Origin: Protoeuglena noctilucae
Lineage: Eukaryota
Direction of reading: 5' to 3'
DNA: 64,000 bases
Assembly: GCA_958009085.1 (NCBI GenBank)
Contig: OY253683.1
Coordinates: 1 to 64,000 of the forward strand
Under the pieces are notes generated by a model. That model saw nothing but the letters and a program-made list of their open reading frames with translations. It was not told the DNA's origin and ran no database searches. Shown here piece after piece: positions 39,201 to 49,800 of this stretch (positions are counted from its first letter, which is position 1; every line of letters starts with the position of its first letter). The position numbers and the translations under genes were made by a program.

Positions 39201-42200
39201 TCGCGGCTTCCAGTGATTGCAGGCGCCTCTGCAAGGCAGACTGCGTGGAGGTGAACAGAGGTCGACTGTGTGGCATGGACTGTGAGCTGGTGCTGTACTG
39301 CTGCTATCTACACTGTGAACCCTCGTGTACGATATCCCCATCCACAGCCACGCACATGCCATGCGCATTGCACCACCACCCCTTGCACATCGTCCAGCAC
39401 ACCCCGCCACTCGCCTCCCGCTCCCCCAGCTCCCCCGCCGCCCTCTTCAGCGCCGCCTGCTGCTCTGCCACTGCCCGCGCCTCTCTCTCCAATGACTGGG
39501 CCAGGGACACGGCCTCGTCGCGCTTCTGAAAGGGAACAGTGGTTTAAGGATAGGAGGTGAATTGGTGTGATAGATACAGTGTGAAGTGGCTGAGACGAAC
39601 CAGGTGTATCCAGTAGTATTGAATGGAGTAGTATGGCGGATCAGAGACGCAGCCCATCCCAGTCTTACCCCACACATGCCCACACTCACACCCCAACCGC
39701 CACCCACCTGCGCCGCCTCCCGCAGCAGCCCCCGCGCCCGCTCCCCCTCGGCCCTCGCGCGTGTCTCCGCCGCCGCACACGCCGCCTCGCGCCTGGCCAC
39801 GTCGCGCAGCCGCCCCTCGGCCTCTGCCACCCTCGCCTGGGCACCTCCCAGTGCCTCCACGGCCCTCGCCACGTCTCTCTTGGCAGCTGCCTCTGCGTCT
39901 GCTGTGACCCTCTCCCTCGCCCGCAGCCGCTCCTCTCTCGCATCCAGTGCAAGGTCACGCCGCAGCAGCTCCTCTTCCCTTGTATCCAATGCCTCTTGTC
40001 TGGCCATAGCAGCTCCCGTGGTGTCTGCATGGCCGGGGCCCACCGCTGCCTCGGCGCGCTGGACGGCCACGTGAGTGAGCCTGCGATGGGGGGTGAGGGA
40101 TGGGGGGAGGTTACACTGTGAGTCAGTGAAGTTTGGTGAGCAAAGGAAAGGACACGGCAGTGCTCAGCGACAGAGTCACTAAAGGCAGAATGCACTGTTA
40201 GCAAAAGGGTCACTTAAGATAGAACACTGATAGCAACAGAGTCCCTTATGTGATAGACCACTGTCCGTCCCATCGACTCTCCGCCGCCTCGCCTGACTCT
40301 CCGCGCCTCGGCAGCCAGCCGCTCCTCTCTCTGCGCCAGGGACCTCTCCGCCTCCTGCGACCACAGGCGAGGGCGACAAGGGCATGAGATGTGCCCCATC
40401 ACATGCTTCAAGCATCCGTACATCCATGTTGCAATTCGTACAGACAACGAGATGCACAAGGCAACGGCAGAAGCCTGGCATAAGTCTGGTGAAAAGGAAC
40501 GCACATACAAAGTCAAAGCCCGTGGTCCCTCCCTGCCCCGCACCTCTACCCGCGCCTGTCGCCCACGCAGCGCCAGCTCCCACGCACGCAGCCCCTCCTC
40601 CTTCTCCCCGCCACTCCCCGCGGCCCTCCGCGCATCGCCATCTCCCGCCGCCTCCCTGCAACCAATAGCACTCGCTTAGTGTCATCAACACAGCTGGATT
40701 TCACAACAACCCCCCAGTCATGTCATCAGCCAGCCACACCATCAATACACCCCCACGCAATACACAACTCATCACACCGCCACCACTCTCTCCCTCTCGC
40801 CTGAGCCGCTGCTCCAGTCCCCGCACGTCCCCCGCCGCCGCATGCACCGCCACCACCCGGGCCTGCGTCTTTGCCCGTGCCACCGTCGCCGTCGCTCGCC
40901 CCAGCACTTCCTCAGTTCGCACTGACAGACCCGGAGTGCCAGGCGCGTCATGATCAACCGCCACTGCCACAGGTGCCCTCTGCACCCGGGGTCCCACCAC
41001 AGACGGCGCCTCGTCTTGATGCGCATCTTCGCAATTTGCCTCGCCATGTGCTGCAACGTCTGCATGATCCTTAAGAGGCGTGCGGTCCTCGACGGCGCTG
41101 CCCCGCATGATGGCGTGGAGGGCGTGGGTGCGGAGGGAGTCAGGGGTGGGGGCGGGGAGGGCGTGGAAGGGGACGCGGTGAACCATGGGAGGGGCCAGCG
41201 TGGACAGGGTGGGGGACTGCGGGGGTGAGGGTAAGGGGGGGCGTGTTGCTTGCATGTTGTTTACATGCACAGCGAACAGAGGGTGAGATGAGTGGTGTTA
41301 GGTATGGGTGAGGCGTTGTGTGGTCTTGCCTGGGATGCAGCGGGCGGTGGGCCATTGAAGGCGAAGGGGCGGTGGCTGGCGGCGGAGGAGGCGCCCATGG
41401 AGAAGGGGGTGTCTGCGATGCAGGTGAAGAGCGAGTCACTGGTTAGTGGTAAAGGTAGCAGTCTATCACTGGTCAGCAGTGGCATGGTCTGCTTGGCCCC
41501 ATGCACTGCATGCTGTCTGCCATCGACACATTGCCAGCCACTGACGGACTGCCAGCCATAAACAGAGTGCCATCCATTGACACAGTGCCATGCGCCCTCA
41601 CCCCTCTCGGATGCCATGGACACGTCCACCGCAAAGGCCTCCAATGCGCGGGCGAGGGAGGGACTGCCCGGGCCAGCCTCAGCCCCGCCGTCATGATGCC
41701 CCGCGCCCTCCTCTGCAGCTGCGGTGTCGTGGAGATCTGGCGACGCTGACACTGACACCCCCGCAGGCTCTGCCCTCTCCCTCGCCTCACGCAGCCACGC
41801 ATCAGCACGACGCTCCAGGTCCCATGCCTGCGCCTGCACCCGCTCCTCCGCAGACGCCACGCGAGACTCTCTGTCCACCACCGCCCGCTCTCTGTCTGCC
41901 AGTGCTTGCTCTTTACCTGCAAGCGCACGCTCCCCCTCCGCCACCCTCTCAACCACCCCCTGCTCTCTCTGTGTCAACTCACGCTCCCCCTCCGCCACCC
42001 GCACCTCCCGCTCCCCCACTGCCTGCGCCTGCTCCGCCACCCGCCTCTCTCTCTCCGCCAGCGCTTGCTGCCCCTCTGCCACCGCCTGCCGCTCCTCAGC
42101 CACGCGCCCCTCCGCCTCTGCCACACCCTGTTCCCTCTCTGCCACCGCCTGTTCCCTCTCAACCAAAGCGTGTTCCCTCTCTATGACACTTTGTTCCCTC

Positions 42201-45200
42201 TCTACCACCGCCCGCTCTCGGTCAGCCAGCGCCTGCTCCCCCACTCCCGACGCTGGCACTGGCACAGCTGCGGGTGCCTCCCCCACAGACGGGTGCATGG
42301 CTGAGTCCTCGGCACTGGCAGCCAGCGCGTCATCAGCACCGTCCATACCAGGAGCCATGCCCTCCCCGCCACCCTCCCTCAGCCCCTCCCCGCCCCGCTC
42401 GCCCTCGTCTCCGTCCGCCCCCCGCGTCCGCACCAGGTCCTCCCTCTTCCGATCCTCCAAGCTCACTGCCCCCCGCACCCCCTCTGTAACCGCATGCTCC
42501 CCTGTCTCTGCACCCTCACGTGCCAATGCACCCACCGCCTCCACAGCCGCCACCTCTGCCTCCCGGAACTCCACCTCCCTCTCCTTCTCTGTCAGAGCAG
42601 TCTCCCTGTCTGTCAGGGCCCTCTCCTTCTCTGATAACGCGAGCTCCCTGTCTGACAACGCCTGTTCCTTGTCTGCCAACACCCCCTCCCTGTCCGCAAG
42701 AGAACGCTCTCTGTCTGACAAAGCGCTCTCCCTGTCTGTCGGAGAGGTCTCCTTGCCCACTACCGTCTGTTCCCTTTCTGCCAGAGAGCTCTCCTTGCCC
42801 GCCAGCTCCCTCTCCCTGTCTGCAAGGGCACCGTCCCTCTCTGACAGCGCGATCTCCTTGCCCACTACCGCCTGCTCCCTGTCCGTGAGAGCATGGTCCC
42901 TCTGTGATAACACCTGCTCCCTCTCTGCCAGGGCGCTGCCCCTCTCTGACAGCACCTGCTCCCTGTGCGTCACAGTGGCGTCCTTGTCTGCCAATGCGCT
43001 CTCTCTGCCCACCAGCACCTGCTCCCTCTCTGACAGCGCCGTCTCCCTCTCTATCAGCACTTGCTCCTTCCCCACCAATGCCCTCTCCCTGTCTGCCAGG
43101 GCACTGTCTCTCTCTGACAGAATGCTCTCCCTCTCTGCCAAAGCGCTCTCTGAGCCCACCAACACCCGATCCCTGTCCGCCACTGCGGTCTCCCTCTCTG
43201 TCAGCTCCCCCTCCCTCTCTGTCAGAGCACGCTCGCTGTCACGCAAGGCGCTCTCCCTGTCTGCCAGAGCACTCTCTGTGCCCGCCAGCTCCCTCCCCTT
43301 GTCTGCCAACTCCCTCTCCTTGTCGCCCAAAGCGCTCTCCTTGCTCACAACCGCCTGCTCCCTGTCTGTCAGGGCGGCCTCCCTCGCAGACAAAGCGCCC
43401 TCTTTTTCTGCCACTGCGCTCTCCTTCCCCACCACCGCCACCTCCCTGTCCGCCCACTCCCTCTCTTTGTCTGCCAACTTCCCCTCCCTCTCCGTCAGGG
43501 CAGCGTCCCTCTCCGCCCACTCCCTCTCCTTTCCCACCAAAGCCCCCACCCTGTCCGACAGGGCAGTGTTCCTATCTGCCATCTCCCTCTCTTTCTCTGC
43601 CAGCTCCCTCTCCCTCTCCGCCACCCCTGCCTCGCGCCGACCCACTTCGGTGGAAAGTCCCTCCACCGCCTCAGCCCTGCGCGCACCCGACGAACAACAC
43701 TGAGTAAGTATGACGCTATAACCGTTACTGACAGTATCAGTATGCTAGACAAGTGACACAACTGTTGATGCATACTATGCCTCTCCCCACCCTCCCCCCA
43801 CCTGGCCGCGACCTCCCCCTCCCGCCGCTCCACTTGCTCCTCCCGCGTCCGCAGCTCCCCCGCGCGACCCTCCGCCTCCCGCATCAGCCCCTCCGCCTCC
43901 CGACTCCGCGCCTCCGCCACCCGCATGGCCCTCTCGGCGTCGCGCATCAGCCCCTCCACCTCGCGCTCCCTCCTCGCCGCCCCCGCCGCCGCCGCCCCCG
44001 CCGCCTCCTCCGCCGCCCTCGCCCGCCTCTCCCGCTGCTCCACCTCCGCCTCCATCGCCCGCAGCGCACCCTTCAGCACCACCGCCTCGTGCGCGCGCAT
44101 CCGCAGCTCACGGTCCTTCCTGGGATGGGGGGGATGGGGTGTTGGGGTGAATGAACGTCAGTGTCATGAGTGTGACTTATGACGAAGCTACAGACGATAA
44201 GGGGGCGACACTGACAATCAACGCGCTTTCCATCGCTGCACCACTACCCCCCTAGTCACCTCTCCCCCGCCCCCCTCACCTCTCCACCTCCCTCACCATT
44301 CCACCACACCCTTAGCCACCCCTCCCCCACCCCCTCTCACCTCTCCACCTCCCTCTCCATCTCCCTCACGCGCTCCTCCCCCCCCTCATCCCCCGCCCCT
44401 CCCCGCCCCACGCTCCCCATGCTCTCCTCCAAAGCACGCATCCGGGACTGCGCCGCGCTCGCCGCCACCTCTCGGCGCTCCAGCATCCCCGCCTCTGCCT
44501 CGATTGCAGCCGCACGGACCTCGAGGGACAGGCGGAGGGCCTCGGTGGCGCGCTCTGCGGGTGGCAGGACAGGTGAGATAGGGACATAAGCGATGGAGTG
44601 GGGAGAACGTAGCAGCAAAGCAAGCGAAGGGGCAACGGGCGACGGGACAGCAGGCGAGCCGCGACAGTAAAGGGAGCAAGCCACGACAGCACATCAGGCT
44701 TTGGTGTGCCATCAACCCCCCTCACTCCTCTCGCGCAGCTCCTCCTCGGCCATCCCCACGCGCCCCTCCCTCTCCCGCACCGCCTCCTCCCGCCCCTCCA
44801 AGTCTGTTACCACCCTCGCCTGCACTGCGGCTGCCTGCACCTCCGCCTCCAGATCCAGCAGCACCTGCACCGACCCAGTGAGAATGCTACTATACAGCAC
44901 AAAGCACGACATGCAGAGCACAAATCGCAAAGCATGACGAGGACAGCCATGGCCTTACAGCCACACGCCCATGTCTCATGCATGCACGTGCGTGTGACGG
45001 TCTCTCTCACCGTGGCGTGGCGCAGCAGGGCACCGTGCAGCTCCGCGACTTGCGGCCCCGTGAGCCCCTCCCCTCCTCTGCCGTCCGCCCCTCCCTGCCC
45101 CGCCAGCCCCGCCACCAGTGCAGACAGGGCGGCCAGCCGCACCCGAACCGTCTCCACGGCCGGCATGCGACCGCCTGTCCCCACCCCCACCCTCGGCCCC

Positions 45201-45785
45201 TCCTCTGCTGGACCCGCAGGGCTCTGCCCACGACCCAATGCCGCGGAGGTCGCGGGGAGCACGGGTGAGACGTGGGCAAACAGCCTGGGGGTGCCAAGGG
45301 ATTGTGACGCAATTGACAGCGTGGGCTTACTGCAAGTAAGCGACGCAGCGCGTGGCGCGCCGCCACCCCTGCCCCCTCGCCCACCCAGCAGATGGTAAGC
45401 CCTCTCACCTCGACGTCCCCGTCTCTCCCTCGCTGCTGCTGAAGTCCAGGCGGCGGTCCACCCTGTCAACGCTACGGGTGGTGCGGGACCGAGACCCGGC
45501 AGGCACGCCGCCCGTCGACCGCGACCCACCCGCGGGGCGGCTCCCTGGCAAGGCAGGCGACGATGGCTTGGGCGATGCGTGAAGCAGTGGTCCCATGGGA
45601 TCTACGGACTCAACCGCGTCCCCATTATTAACGTCACCGCTCTCTGCAGAGCTGCCGGCGCCATCTATGGGCGATGACCGGGCCTTGTCTGGCAGAACCT
45701 CTCCTGAGGATGGCGCGGCAGCTGGGGGGGAGTGCCCTAACCCCGCCTGCACGCCCTTCGCGGCCGTCTTGGGGGTGCGGGGCAT
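36269..45785 (-). CDS. Giant multi-exon coiled-coil protein with heptad tandem repeats and S/P-rich tail; function unknown
   Basis: Series of minus-strand GT-AG exons rich in E/R/A (e.g. 43666-41600 ALADRERALVGKEQ...); start MPRTPKTAAKG at 45785; last exon ends at 36269. That all exons form one gene is inferred. Confidence 0.65.
41518..41592. repeat. Intronic 18-bp minisatellite, about 4 degenerate units
   Basis: tgccagccactgacggac / tgccagccataaacagag / tgccatccattgacacag. Confidence 0.7.
41870..42235 (-). repeat. Second coding 21-nt heptad repeat block (AVxEREQ)
   Basis: Translation AVVEREQ SVIEREH ALVEREQ AVAEREQ GVAEAEG. Confidence 0.8.
42560..43630 (-). repeat. Coding 21-nt heptad repeat array (ALADRER / ELAEKER / AVVGKES types), about 50 units
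   Basis: Continuous 7-aa periodicity in ORF 41261-43666; plus-strand unit ~ctccctgtctgccag. Confidence 0.9.
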
Positions 45786-46850
45786 GCGGGGTGGCTGCGA
45801 GAGGAAAGAGTTGTTCGTACGTTGCTTATGCGACATCGGAGTCGGGTGTAATAGGGTGTTTGTTACACCACCAGGCTGGCTTGCAGCTTGTCAAGTGTGC
45901 CTTGCCTTGTCTGGTCGTCGCATCCGCATCCCCGCCAGCGCGCCCAGTGCTGCCACCAGAGGGGCGGCCAGGAGCATGCCTAGCGGGGGAGTGGACCGTC
46001 CCTGGGCAGCCTCGGAAATCGTCGCCGTCTCCAGGGCCTCTCTGCGGACCGGAGAGGGTGGGGCAGGGCATAGCTGCCCCAGGTTTCGTGGGGTGCACGC
46101 GTGGCTGGGTAGGGCAGTGCGTCGCTGCCCCAGGTGTCGTGGGGTGCCTGCATGGCTCGCCAACGCCTATTCCGGACACTCCTGCGCATGGTATCATCTG
46201 CCATGGCCCCACCTGTCGTTGGCCCGCGCCGCATGGTCCTCCCTGTCGGCACTGCGACCTGTCCCATCGTCGCCCCGGGGCATGGCCGTCCCTGCGCCCC
46301 GCACTGCGAGCGACGAGCGACGATGGGAAGTCGAACGGCGCCATTGCACGACGCGAAAGGGCCTGCGCGACGCATTGCGCGACGCCGCATCGCCACCCAC
46401 CGAGCCGGGTCCCCCCCGTGAAAAAGCGTGCCCCCGCGAGCTCTGTCGGCACCGTCAGGACCCGCGAGTTGTCCCCGTGGACAGTGTCGTCGCGGATCTG
46501 TATGCCTGTCGTCGCGAGATCATCGCCGGGGTGCTGGGGCGACGCGCCAGCACTTGAAAGCGCGGTCGCGTGAATCACGTCCCCGGTGGAGCCCTGCCGC
46601 ACCGCCCGTCAAAGCGCAAGGACCAAACCGCGCTTTAGAATGACAGCCCTATCAAACGAAGGCCACCGCAAGCGCGTCGCTCCTCATCACGCGGAGCCGA
46701 GTACTGGTTGTTAATCGCTTCTTCTCCCCCTACCAACTAGACGCGTAGGGCAGCATCCGGGCGCACCCAGCTGCGCAACCCCGATATGCCGTCGTCGGCA
46801 GGGCCTGAGGGGGTTTCCCGCGAAGGGCCTCAAGGGCCTGGCCCGCAAGA

Positions 46851-49800
46851 ATGGCGCGGACTGACACGCCCGCTCTGGCTGCGCCCTCCGCTTCAAGCAG
46901 CGCCCTGAGACTCGCACGAGCTCAAGTGTTTGCAGGGAGTGACCTCGCCGCCGGCCTCGCTGACCTCGCTGACCCTCCGCTTTGCTATCCACGGGCTTTG
47001 CACGTTGACAACGCAAGGGNNNNNNNNNNNNNNNNNNNNNNNNNNNNNNNNNNNNNNNNNNNNNNNNNNNNNNNNNNNNNNNNNNNNNNNNNNNNNNNNN
47101 NNNNNNNNNNNNNNNNNNNNNNNNNNNNNNNNNNNNNNNNNNNNNNNNNNNNNNNNNNNNNNNNNNNNNNNNNNNNNNNNNNNNNNNNNNNNNNNNNNNN
47201 NNNNNNNNNNNNNNNNNNNTAGCCGCAACGGCATGGTGGACGACACTTTCTTCGTCACCGACGGGGAGGGCCGCAAGGTCACGGACGCGTCTCTGCTGGC
47301 GTCGATGGAGGCAAAGCTGGCGGACCTGGGGCAGGCGCCGCGGCAGCCTGAAGCCGCGCCCGGAGGCGCCGGAGGACCCCACGGGCACGATCGTGGACCC
47401 CCGCCCCAAGCAGGAGGCGCTGTACTCGCTCATGGACGCATATATCAAGAACGACGTGCTGGTCGATCCAGCAGTCCATCGCCAACCACGTCGAGTACAC
47501 CCTGCGCGGTCCAGGTACAAGTTCGACGACGAGGACGCCCTACCGAGCCACCGCGCACTCGGGTGAGGGGGGTTGGATGGGTGGGGGGGTTGGGGGGTGA
47601 GTGATGGCGGACGATGGGGTGCGACACGCACGGGTGTTGGGCTCTTGGGCTGATGATGAATAGCATGGCTGCCGGCCACTTGTGCTGTGGTAATGGAGTC
47701 ACATCTGTGGTACACTCTACACGCCCTCTGGCTCTCCCTCGCCCTGACTGTTTGCCTGGCTGGCTGGTCAGGACGACTCCGCATCACCAACCCCCTGCAC
47801 CTCACACCCCCCCAGTGCGTGACCGCCTGATCGAGTCATGGAACGACACCAACACGTACCTGAAGGAGAGCGACCCCAAGCGCGTCTACTACCTCTCCAT
47901 GGAGTACCTGCAGGGGCGTGCCCTCATGAACGCCCTCTACAACCTCGACATCGAGCCGCAGTACAGGGAGGCCCTCAGGGAGCTGGGGTGAGTGGAGAAG
48001 AGAGGGCGGGAGGGAGAGTGGAGCTGAGGTGGCTTTGAGGAGAGTGTTTGCGTGGCAGAGCGCGGTAGCGGTGCGCCCGGGCAGTCGGTTGCTTCCTCTC
48101 CATGTCGTCAGCGCCACCCACTCCCCATCCCTCCCCTGCACTGTCGCTCATCCCTCTACTTCTACCGTCCCCATGCCTCCCCACATCTACCCCCCACCTC
48201 TACCACCATGCGTGTCTCTGATACCCAACGCTGCCCTCCCCTCCCGTCCGTCGCATCGCTCACCACCATCCTCACCCTCTTCCCCCCAGTTACCACCTCG
48301 AGACCCTGGCGGAGGAGGAGCGCGACGCGGCGCTGGGCAACGGCGGCCTGGGCCGCCTGGCCTCGTGCTTTTTGGACTCCATGGCCCGGCTGGACCTGCC
48401 CGCCTGGGGGTACGGCATCCGGTACCAGTACGGCATGTTCCGGCAGTCCATCGTGGACGGGTTCCAGCACGAGAACCCCGACTACTGGCTCACGTTCGGG
48501 AAACCGTGGGAGATACAGAGGGAGACGGGTGAGTTGGGGGGGATGGGGAGGGGTGGGTGAGGGGGTGTGGTGGGAGAGGGATGCAGTGGGAGTGAGGGGT
48601 GAGGTGAGGGTAGCAGTGGTACAGGTAAGAAGGGACGCAGTAATAGAGAGTGAGTACATGGCAATGGAAGTGGTCACAGGGGTGCGTGGTCGCATGCCAT
48701 GCAATTGTCATGGCACCCAATGGCACCCAAGCGAGCGCCCCCTCTCACAAACACACCCCCCCCCCTTCCCCCCCCAGTGTGCTACCCCGTGCGCTTCTAC
48801 GGCCACGTGACGGTGTTTGAGGAGAACGGCCGGCAGGTGTGGAAGTGGAACGCGGCCGAGGAGGTCCTGGCAGTCGCGTATGACAACCCCATTCCCGGCT
48901 ACAACACCCCCAACACCATCAACCTGCGCCTGTGGGCGGCCAAGCCCGTGCGGGGCTTCGACCTCGAGGCGTTCAACACGGGGGACTACGTGCAGGCCAT
49001 CCTGAGCCGGCAGAGGGCCGAGACCATCTCGGCCGTGCTGTACCCCGACGACCGCACCTACGAGGGCAAGGAGCTGCGGCTGCGTCAGCAGTACTTCTTC
49101 ACGTCCGCGTCGCTGCAGGACGTGCTTCGGCGCTTCAAGGAGCGCCACGACAATTGGGAGGAGTTCCCGGCCAAGGCGCAGTTCCAGCTCAACGACACGC
49201 ACCCGGTGATCGCGGTGTCGGAGCTCATGCGGCTGCTGATGGACGAGCACCGGCTGGGGTGGACCAAGGCCTGGGAGATCACGGGGCAGGTGTTCGCCTT
49301 CACCAACCACACCGTCATGCCCGAGGCCTTAGAGCAGGTGAGAGAGGGGGGATGGTGTGTGTGGGTGTGTCTGCTTGTATTCACCAACCACATCGTCATG
49401 CCCGGGGCCTTAGAGCAGGTGGGGGGGGGGGGGGTGTTATGTATGGGGTGTGGTGTGGGTGTGGGTAGCAGTGTGGGTGCGGGTGTGGGTGCAGTGTGGG
49501 TGCGGGTGTGCGTGGCAGTGTGGGTGTGATTGTCGGTGGGTATGGCTATCGCACATGCGAGCTGTCTCTGCAACATGGCACTTCAGATATTTGAAGTGAG
49601 CGTGCGTGACCCACCCACCCCTCCCCCTCCGCAGTGGGACGTGCGCATGCTGGAGAAGCTCATGCCCCGCCACATGCAAATCATCTACGACATCAACTGG
49701 CGCTTCATGGACCTGGTGCGCAAGAAGTATGGGGAGGACAACGCCAGGCTGGGTGAGTGTGTGGGGGGGTGTTATGTATGGGGGGTGGGTGTGGGTGTGG

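Noticed and set aside
31996..43703. Long antisense ORFs (e.g. 31996-33522, 32313-34193, 41724-43703) as overlapping genes
   Set aside because: Expected shadows of GC-rich, repetitive coding sequence; no independent motifs.
47320..47565. About four frameshifts in the phosphorylase exon after the gap, suggesting a pseudogene or programmed frameshifting
   Set aside because: Single-base indels clustered at a contig end while all downstream exons are intact; most likely low-quality sequence.
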